DNA of 46,807 nt, from positions 1 to 46,807 of IMG/VR virus record IMGVR_UViG_3300033982_000163; one strand, written 5' to 3'. Positions 39,284 through 44,520 of this stretch are shown here, in pieces. The notes under the pieces are model-generated. The model was given only the letters and a program-made list of their open reading frames with translations. It searched no databases and was not told where the DNA came from. The first letter of the stretch is position 1. Every line of letters begins with the position of its first letter. A program made the translations under genes and the position numbers. The DNA is from a virus (Duplodnaviria > Caudoviricetes).

Positions 39284-39629
39284 CTCCATTTTTCAAGATA
39301 AGCCTGACGTAGGTAAAGTCGTTTCTCCCACTTAGCCGAGCTGTTTTTATAGCTTCGGCAATTTCTTTTCCAGAGTACCTTTTCTCCAATTCCTTGACCG
39401 TGTTTCTCATGGAATCGGTAAGTGGTAGGTTGAGTTCTGCGAGTAGGTCCGTTTCTTTTCTCGTTTGTTTTTGAGAAAAATCAATGACTCCCGGGTTCTC
39501 CTTGAGCGGATTACCACAGATAACGCAATAGTTATGGTGCACCCTAATCCGCTCGTTTCCGCATTTTGGGCATTTAGGTTTCGCTTGGGCCGCTCCCTGT
39601 TGAGCGGCCTTTTCTTCTGGGCTCGACAA
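39267..39629 (-). CDS. Partner gene: Zn ribbon plus DnaD-like C-terminal domain
   Basis: CPKCG...YCVICG; YS...I.EAIK.A......F.YV..IL. Confidence 0.75.
   Translation of the reverse strand: MSSPEEKAAQQGAAQAKPKCPKCGNERIRVHHNYCVICGNPLKENPGVIDFSQKQTRKETDLLAELNLPLTDSMRNTVKELEKRYSGKEIAEAIKTARLSGRNDFTYVRLILKNGVIDRE
39588..39616 (+). terminator. Intrinsic terminator embedded in the partner CDS
   Basis: GGCCGCTC/GAGCGGCC 8-bp stem plus TTTTCTT. Confidence 0.75.
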
Positions 39630-39660
39630 CGTTTATTCACCCCACTTTCGCGAAATATTT

Positions 39661-39696
39661 ACAGGATTACCCTCTTCCGTGTCGAATTGGTAGTTG
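39661..39696 (+). promoter_or_regulatory. Sigma-H-type promoter (no gene before the next promoter)
   Basis: ACAGGATTA-11-GTCGAAT followed by TGGTAGTTG. Confidence 0.75.
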
Positions 39697-39733
39697 TCCA
39701 AACTAGTTGGTCCACCTCCTTTCATTTGGATTT

Positions 39734-39761
39734 ACAGGAGAAATCAGGGCTATTGTCGAAC
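39734..39761 (+). promoter_or_regulatory. Sigma-H-type promoter
   Basis: ACAGGAGAA-12-GTCGAAC. Confidence 0.7.
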
Positions 39762-39771
39762 ATATCGCCCT

Positions 39772-40073
39772 AGGTCGTATCGGGGCAGAACCCTCCGGGA
39801 AAGGGGCGTGATGTATCTTCTTTTTCTTCTTCTTTGATGATTTTTCCGTGCGGCTGACATCCGCCATGGAAAAACGCAGTATAGACGTATGTCTCCTATC
39901 AAGGATGATCCAAGTTTCGCCCACTACAGTAAAACGCTGGCTGGATAGGAGATTTGAGCCAAGACACCGGAATTTATCTCGTATTTCAGACGCGCTTAAT
40001 GTTTCTAGCGACTATCTCATAGGCAGAACAGATTAATTAAAATACCCCGGAGGGTTCTGCCCCGATACGACCT
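39772..40073. repeat. 28-bp perfect inverted repeat (39772-39799 / 40046-40073) enclosing HTH gene 1
   Basis: AGGTCGTATCGGGGCAGAACCCTCCGGG and its exact reverse complement. Confidence 0.95.
39815..40036 (+). CDS. Xre/Cro-type HTH protein, copy 1 (start ambiguous)
   Basis: FSVRLTSAMEKRSI...VSPTTVKRWL...EPRHRNLSRISDALNVSSDYLIGRTD. Confidence 0.8.
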   Translation: MFFFFFFDDFSVRLTSAMEKRSIDVCLLSRMIQVSPTTVKRWLDRRFEPRHRNLSRISDALNVSSDYLIGRTD

Positions 40074-40090
40074 TCACGTCCTCCTCTCTT

Positions 40091-40117
40091 ATAGGATTTT
40101 TCCTTATCATGTCGAAG
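40091..40117 (+). promoter_or_regulatory. Sigma-H-type promoter
   Basis: ATAGGATTT-11-GTCGAAG. Confidence 0.75.
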
Positions 40118-40137
40118 TAGTATCAATAACGATTCCT

Positions 40138-40443
40138 GTCGTATCAACGCAGAGCTCCCCAGGTGCAAGGAGTGATGCGCTTTCTTTTTCTTCTTTTTCC
40201 CTTCCGTTTTCCCCTCACGGCTTGCATCCGCAATGGATCAGAGCGGTATGGGTGTAGCAGATTTGTCACGCCAGACAAATGTCTCACCAATTACCGTCAA
40301 GCGTTGGCTAAACGGAGATTTTGAACCCAGACATAAGAATCTCCCCAAAATCGCTTATGCCCTTCGTGTCTCTGCCGACTATCTTCATGATATAGGCAAA
40401 TAATTTAAAAATATTGTCCTGGGGAGCTCTGCGTTGATACGAC
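40138..40443. repeat. 26-bp perfect inverted repeat (40138-40163 / 40418-40443) enclosing HTH gene 2
   Basis: GTCGTATCAACGCAGAGCTCCCCAGG and its exact reverse complement. Confidence 0.95.
40176..40403 (+). CDS. Xre/Cro-type HTH protein, copy 2 (first in-frame ATG 40233); not in ORF track
   Basis: FPSRLASAMDQSGMGVADLSRQTNVSPITVKRWLNGDFEPRHKNLPKIAYALRVSADYLHDIGK; paralog of copy 1. Confidence 0.8.
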   Translation, partial: CAFFFFFFPSVFPSRLASAMDQSGMGVADLSRQTNVSPITVKRWLNGDFEPRHKNLPKIAYALRVSADYLHDIGK

Positions 40444-40480
40444 CTTTCGCCCACGACTCACCATCTTTCGTTAAATATTT

Positions 40481-40517
40481 ACAGGCATTCCCTCTCCTTG
40501 TGTCGAATTGGTAGTTG
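40481..40517 (+). promoter_or_regulatory. Sigma-H-type promoter
   Basis: ACAGGCATT-12-GTCGAAT followed by TGGTAGTTG. Confidence 0.7.
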
Positions 40518-40558
40518 TTCGGGCTTCCAATGTCGATACGAAGAGAGGTGATGGATTA

Positions 40559-40777
40559 ATGGTCCTAAAATCTGCTTGCAAGGAGTTTTCCGGTTACTGT
40601 CCTCACCTAGATGGAGACAATAGGATTCGCGCTGAGTACACTGAGGTTCCAATGTGTGGTACCTTAACTACCAATTACAAATGTACAGGTTTTGAATGTA
40701 TCTACGGAAGCAGTGGCGAATGCAAGTTTAATCGCGAATGTCCTTTGTACAAAATTGCAATAGTCTTTAAACCTTAA
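40559..40777 (+). CDS. Antisense cassette gene, Cys-rich; paralog of 493-693
   Basis: RBS AGAGGTGA; 11-nt overlap with partner. Confidence 0.8.
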   Translation: MVLKSACKEFSGYCPHLDGDNRIRAEYTEVPMCGTLTTNYKCTGFECIYGSSGECKFNRECPLYKIAIVFKP

Positions 40778-41081
40778 ACCCTTTCGCCGGATATACGTTT
40801 ACTCCGGTCAAATCAGAGAGTTTGCCAAAGGCATCCCAATGACAGTGAATTACAGGGGTGTCATAGCGATGAGGACAGTTTACGCACGCATTGGGAAAAT
40901 CATCCTCTCCGTGCATAACCGTTTTCACGTACTCTTGGATGTGTCGGGCTATGCAGTATAAATCCTTTTCCGTTAGGCCTTCCAACTCTTTTGCCTTAAT
41001 CTGCTCATTTCCGAATTTCTGGCATTTAAGTTCTATCTGGGCCGATCCACTTTGAGCGGTCTTTTCTTTCTGCTCCGGCAT
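40767..41081 (-). CDS. Partner gene; paralog of 683-913
   Basis: RBS GAGGAGG; KDLYCIARHIQ. Confidence 0.8.
   Translation of the reverse strand: MPEQKEKTAQSGSAQIELKCQKFGNEQIKAKELEGLTEKDLYCIARHIQEYVKTVMHGEDDFPNACVNCPHRYDTPVIHCHWDAFGKLSDLTGVNVYPAKGFKV
41040..41069 (+). terminator. Intrinsic terminator embedded in the partner CDS
   Basis: GGCCGATC/GAGCGGTC stem (one mismatch) plus TTTTCTTT; homologous to the 39588 terminator. Confidence 0.55.
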
Positions 41082-41137
41082 GTATGGCGTTTCGCCTCCT
41101 CTCAATAACCCGCTTTTTCACAATTCCCTAATTTCTT

Positions 41138-41164
41138 ACAGGATTTACCTCGCCTACGTCGAAA
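41138..41164 (+). promoter_or_regulatory. Sigma-H-type promoter
   Basis: ACAGGATTT-11-GTCGAAA, then leader hairpin GTAAAT/ATTTAC. Confidence 0.78.
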
Positions 41165-41210
41165 TGTAAATTGTCGAGATTTACGGTTCTACTGAGGGGA
41201 GGTGGATAAT

Positions 41211-41480
41211 ATGACGGTTTATAATATTTCGTATGACTTGTGTGCGCCGGGGAGAGACTACGAAGATCTATATAATGAGATTAAGAAATTCGAAATATGG
41301 GCTCATCCAGTCGAATCTACCTGGCTTATAGCGTGTAATTCAACAGCAGCCCAAGTTAGAGATCAATTGCTCACAGTTATGGATTCTAATGACAAGTTAC
41401 TGGTCACGGCGTGTGGCAAGGAAGCCGCTTGGTTTAATCTTGACAAAGAAGTAGGCGAATGGATAAAGAATAGGTTATAG
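41211..41480 (+). CDS. Small Cas2/VapD-like ferredoxin-fold protein
   Basis: VYNISYDL..PGRDYEDLY..IK...ESTWLI...D..DKLLV; RBS GGGAGG. Confidence 0.65.
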   Translation: MTVYNISYDLCAPGRDYEDLYNEIKKFEIWAHPVESTWLIACNSTAAQVRDQLLTVMDSNDKLLVTACGKEAAWFNLDKEVGEWIKNRL

Positions 41481-41681
41481 AGCTGTTCCCGTGTGACTAC
41501 TGACGCTTCGATGGGCTTTCAAAGATTGTTCGGCTTGTTCCTTTTCAGAGCTGCTCAATTCGGGAAGCTCTATTTCTTCAATACTGAGCGGCGTATTGCA
41601 GAACCTGCAACGGCCATCCATATTAGAATCGCTTCTTTGCGTCGCGCAGTAAGGGCATACCGTTACTGAAAATCTAATCAT
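41475..41681 (-). CDS. Partner gene, Zn ribbon
   Basis: CPYC...CRFC; RBS GGAGGAG; 6-nt overlap. Confidence 0.65.
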   Translation of the reverse strand: MIRFSVTVCPYCATQRSDSNMDGRCRFCNTPLSIEEIELPELSSSEKEQAEQSLKAHRSVSSHTGTAL

Positions 41682-41875
41682 CTCTCCTCCGCCTCCTCTC
41701 AATAACCCTTTTTCACCTGCTAGGCGACCTTACGTGTTGGATAAGTTGTGGTATCACGCGGCCTATTATTTAGGCCTAACCTCATTGCCAATGTGCTTCT
41801 TTAGTGATGCCTTGGTTCGGGCAACATTTTAGCCCTAACCTCCCTCGCTTCGTGATACTTTGGGCAAATATCTTG

Positions 41876-41902
41876 GAAGGCTTTACCTCTGCGCTGTCGA
41901 AA
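41876..41902 (+). promoter_or_regulatory. Sigma-H-type promoter
   Basis: GAAGGCTTT-11-GTCGAAA; leader nearly identical to that after 41138. Confidence 0.7.
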
Positions 41903-41951
41903 TGTAAATTGTTGAGGTTTACGATTCTGCTGGAAGGGGGTAAATGCGATA

Positions 41952-42119
41952 TTGTTCAAGGCTAACGAACGCGTCGGCATTGGGTTATACACGTGTACTA
42001 AATGCGGAGCCAAGATTAAAATATATGCGTATGGAGAAGTGCTACGTCCTTGTAAAATTTGCAGATACAAGAAGTACATCAAATCAGGATTGGACAACGA
42101 TCCAACTCCTAATCCATAA
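41952..42119 (+). CDS. Zinc-ribbon protein (55 aa), copy 1; ORF track shows the wrong frame
   Basis: MFKANERVGIGLYTCTKCGAKIKIYAYGEVLRPCKICRYKKYIKSGLDNDPTPNP. Confidence 0.8.
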   Translation: MFKANERVGIGLYTCTKCGAKIKIYAYGEVLRPCKICRYKKYIKSGLDNDPTPNP

Positions 42120-42281
42120 TGTTCTACCAAACCAACTACGCCAGACCGCAACCTCACGTTGACCATCGGCTTCATACTCAGAGACATATATGCAAGGAAA
42201 AAACCACTTTACCGCCCTTTCTATTTTCCAACGAATAGGATGGGGTTTTTTGTCTTTAAGGATCGGGGTGGGAATGCTCAT
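42084..42281 (-). CDS. Partner gene, Trp-rich basic protein, copy 1
   Basis: MSIPTPILKDKKPHPIRWKIERAVKWFFPCIY; RBS GGAGGAG. Confidence 0.8.
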   Translation of the reverse strand: MSIPTPILKDKKPHPIRWKIERAVKWFFPCIYVSEYEADGQREVAVWRSWFGRTLWIRSWIVVQS

Positions 42282-42345
42282 TAAAATCTTCTCCTCCAAG
42301 CAACCCGCTTCTTTACAATAGTCTCGCAAGGCTTGAGTTTTGCTT

Positions 42346-42372
42346 GCAGGAACCTCTCCTCGTTCGTTGAAT
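42346..42372 (+). promoter_or_regulatory. Sigma-H-type promoter
   Basis: GCAGGAACC-11-GTTGAAT. Confidence 0.7.
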
Positions 42373-42415
42373 TGGTAGCTGTTGAGGTCATCAATTCAGG
42401 AAGGAGAAAAGCAAG

Positions 42416-42586
42416 ATGCTATTTAAGGCATACGAACGGGTTGGCATTGGGCTATATTTGTGCACTAAGTGTGGCGCTAAGATTAAGATCTATACGTATG
42501 GAGGAGTACTTCAGCCATGCAAAATATGCAACTATAAGAAATTTATCAAAGTTGAGTTAAATGATGTTCCACCGTCTGATCCATAG
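42416..42586 (+). CDS. Zinc-ribbon protein (56 aa), copy 2; ORF track shows the wrong frame
   Basis: MLFKAYERVGIGLYLCTKCGAKIKIYTYGGVLQPCKICNYKKFIKVELNDVPPSDP; RBS AAGGAG. Confidence 0.8.
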   Translation: MLFKAYERVGIGLYLCTKCGAKIKIYTYGGVLQPCKICNYKKFIKVELNDVPPSDP

Positions 42587-42748
42587 GACTTTACCGAACC
42601 AACTTCGTGAAATCACAACTTCACGTTGACCATCTGTTTCATACTCGGAGATGTATATGCAGGGAAAAAACCACTTTACCGCCCTTTCTATTTTCCAACG
42701 AATAGGATGGGGTTTTTTGTCTTTAAGGATCGGGGTGGGAATGCTCAT
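42557..42748 (-). CDS. Partner gene, Trp-rich basic protein, copy 2
   Basis: First 32 aa identical to copy 1. Confidence 0.8.
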   Translation of the reverse strand: MSIPTPILKDKKPHPIRWKIERAVKWFFPCIYISEYETDGQREVVISRSWFGKVLWIRRWNII

Positions 42749-42837
42749 TAAAATCTTCTCCTTGACATGCTTGTTAAGAAACTCGACATACCAGAATAAA
42801 ATAAACGAAAGACACTCTTACTGCTACTCAGGATTAT

Positions 42838-42984
42838 TTACGCCAAGGGAAGACGCCTTAAGGTATCCATTAAATCGGCAATTGTTTTTGCGATTAGGCA
42901 AGCATCTTCAGGGCTATATCCAAGAGATGCTTGCCTTTCCCTTAAAGCCTCAATCTGCTCATGAATAATTGCTCTGTAATCCAC
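42838..42984 (-). CDS. Small protein (48 aa) with no visible antisense partner
   Basis: RBS GAGGAGGTGA, GTG start; MDYRAIIHEQIEALRERQASLGYSPEDACLIAKTIADLMDTLRRLPLA. Confidence 0.7.
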   Translation of the reverse strand: MDYRAIIHEQIEALRERQASLGYSPEDACLIAKTIADLMDTLRRLPLA

Positions 42985-43061
42985 AGTTTTCACCTCCTCT
43001 CAATATTTATTGGCCTCTCCCTACTTACTAACCCGCTTTTTCACTCATTGGGTATTCTCTT

Positions 43062-43088
43062 ACAGGATTTTCCGTATTTACGTCGAAA
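43062..43088 (+). promoter_or_regulatory. Sigma-H-type promoter
   Basis: ACAGGATTT-11-GTCGAAA. Confidence 0.78.
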
Positions 43089-43095
43089 TTCTTCT

Positions 43096-43540
43096 AATGC
43101 AGATGATCAGGCGCAGGGTGAAGAAATATGCTGAGCTGAATAGTAATATTCAGAGGTATTGGATAAAAAGCCAGTACGATAACAAATGAGTAGCGCGTTG
43201 AAGTCGCTTGGTATACTCAATACAGAAGGTGAAGTAGTCCTGGAACCAAAAGGAGTGTTGGAAAGTATGAAATTTAGTCAGTCATGTATAAAGAACTTCC
43301 AAGACTCCGCGCGATTGGCCAAGAACATTCAGCCTTTATTAAACGCTGCCAAGAATTTTCACTCAGTTTCAGACACAATATTGTCTGTACAAGGAGCTGT
43401 TCAAGCAGCCGCAGCGCTTCACGCCGTAACTGGTGGTACCTACTGCCCCTCTACGAAGTAATTTGTAGCTGTGCATCGGGTTAATTCAGAGAAACTCCTG
43501 CCCACGAAATCCCGACACCCTGCACCTGATCATCTGCATT
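43096..43540. repeat. 25-bp inverted repeat, one mismatch (43096-43120 / 43516-43540)
   Basis: AATGCAGATGATCAGGCGCAGGGTG vs CACCCTGCACCTGATCATCTGCATT. Confidence 0.92.
43186..43461 (+). CDS. Antisense cassette gene, unknown function (start uncertain)
   Basis: Longest ORF between the IR arms; better RBS AAAGGAG before 43258/43267. Confidence 0.5.
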   Translation: MSSALKSLGILNTEGEVVLEPKGVLESMKFSQSCIKNFQDSARLAKNIQPLLNAAKNFHSVSDTILSVQGAVQAAAALHAVTGGTYCPSTK

Positions 43541-43568
43541 TGGTTTCGACCTTGCATTCCTCCTCTTA

Positions 43569-43599
43569 AAGCTTCTGCTAATGGCAGAGGCTTCTTTTT
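43569..43599 (+). terminator. Intrinsic terminator
   Basis: AAGCTTCTGC/GCAGAGGCTT stem (G-U on + strand) plus CTTTTT. Confidence 0.7.
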
Positions 43600-43651
43600 A
43601 TTCCCCCTACTTACTAACCCGCTTTTTCACAATCATTCATTAGCCTTTTTG

Positions 43652-43679
43652 GCAGGTATTCCCTCCGGTCTATGGAAAT
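43652..43679 (+). promoter_or_regulatory. Sigma-H-type promoter (variant -10)
   Basis: GCAGGTATT-11-ATGGAAA followed by TGATAGTTG. Confidence 0.55.
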
Positions 43680-43722
43680 GATAGTTGTCCACAGTATTTT
43701 TCAAGGAAGGAGGTAAGGCAAT

Positions 43723-44076
43723 ATGGATATAGCAACAACCACAAAGCATAAAGAACTTCTTCAGCAACTTTCGTATGAGTGTTTACTAAATACAGAACAC
43801 GCCGTAAATGGTTATTCCGAATCAGAAAACATTGATATTTCGCTACAGTTCATGAATCAAGCATTTCAGTCTATAAAATTAGCTCAAACGTTTTATTTGC
43901 AGACTTATTTCCACGGACATTTTGAGCACTTTGAAGAGTTTTTTCATCAGTTTGGAATTCTGAATATCGAGTTTCTGACATCAATAGAGACCAAACGCGG
44001 TTTACAATGGTCACTTATCGAATTAGATAACTTAAAGAGAATATATGGCGAGTTTAAAATTTCACTAAGTGACTAG
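43723..44076 (+). CDS. Antisense cassette gene, helical, unknown function (117 aa)
   Basis: RBS AAGGAGGT; shares CTAG stop overlap with partner. Confidence 0.8.
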   Translation: MDIATTTKHKELLQQLSYECLLNTEHAVNGYSESENIDISLQFMNQAFQSIKLAQTFYLQTYFHGHFEHFEEFFHQFGILNIEFLTSIETKRGLQWSLIELDNLKRIYGEFKISLSD

Positions 44077-44249
44077 ATTGATGTATACCCTATAGTTGCT
44101 TTGACTTGTTCAAGCACTGTATACGCTTCGTGAACAAGTAATTTTTTGGACTGTAACATTTCAAAAATCTCCCTGACTACCTGATAGTTCTTGTCGGCTC
44201 TATCGGGTAGTCCTTTTAATCTGTCCTTGCGGTTATCTTGGTCGCTCAT
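44073..44249 (-). CDS. Partner gene (58 aa); not in ORF track
   Basis: RBS GGAGAGG; MSDQDNRKDRLKGLPDRADKNYQVVREIFEMLQSKKLLVHEAYTVLEQVKATIGYTSI. Confidence 0.75.
   Translation of the reverse strand: MSDQDNRKDRLKGLPDRADKNYQVVREIFEMLQSKKLLVHEAYTVLEQVKATIGYTSI
44175..44217 (+). terminator. Intrinsic terminator embedded in the partner CDS
   Basis: GACTACCTGATAG/CTATCGGGTAGTC 13-bp stem (G-U on + strand) plus CTTTT. Confidence 0.7.
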
Positions 44250-44287
44250 AAAATCCTCTCCCTACTTACTAACCCGCTTTTTCACAA

Positions 44288-44506
44288 TTATCCCGCAACA
44301 CTATTGACCTTTTCGTTTTTACGCGCCTCGATCCACTTGATAAAATCTTTCTTTTCAACTCGTTTGGATATGCCGATTTCAAAATTCGGGATGCCGCCGT
44401 GTTTGGGTACTGTCTGAAATAGTTCGTATACGCGGCGGCGGGAAATACCAAGATAAGTTGCAATCTGTTGTGCTGTTAGAATCTCAGGAAGGTCATCGAT
44501 TATCAT
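44288..44506 (-). CDS. Excisionase-like HTH_17 DNA-binding protein
   Basis: LPEILTAQQIATYLGISRRRVYEL...IP.F.IG..KRV.K.DFIKWI. Confidence 0.85.
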   Translation of the reverse strand: MIIDDLPEILTAQQIATYLGISRRRVYELFQTVPKHGGIPNFEIGISKRVEKKDFIKWIEARKNEKVNSVAG

Positions 44507-44520
44507 GCGATCACCTCCAT

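Larger units (their letters stand above)
41106..44288 (+). repeat. Cassette-joint direct repeat (C)CCTACTTACTAACCCGCTTTTTCACAAT, six copies
   Basis: 44260-44288 and 43605-43633 (29 nt identical); 43014-43044 (31 nt identical to 44255-44285); degenerate copies at 42301, 41703 and 41106. Confidence 0.9.

Noticed and set aside
39703-39924. Minus-strand ORF with a poly-Lys run
   Set aside because: Reverse complement of the TTC/TTT tract and HTH gene; no RBS and poorly conserved in copy 2
39772-40443. IS/MITE elements defined by the inverted repeats
   Set aside because: No transposase, no target-site duplications seen, and arms differ between units; not fully excluded
41944-42162. ORF-track calls 41944-42162 and 42333-42560
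   Set aside because: The alternative frame encodes a Zn ribbon conserved in both copies
38730-44290. CRISPR array (direct repeats plus a Cas2-like gene)
   Set aside because: Intervals are hundreds of bp, irregular and gene-containing; no cas1 or effector genes
38730-44290. Classical integron
   Set aside because: No attC-type GTTRRRY/RYYYAAC hairpins recognised, each cassette has its own promoter, and the integrase is an ordinary arm-binding phage type
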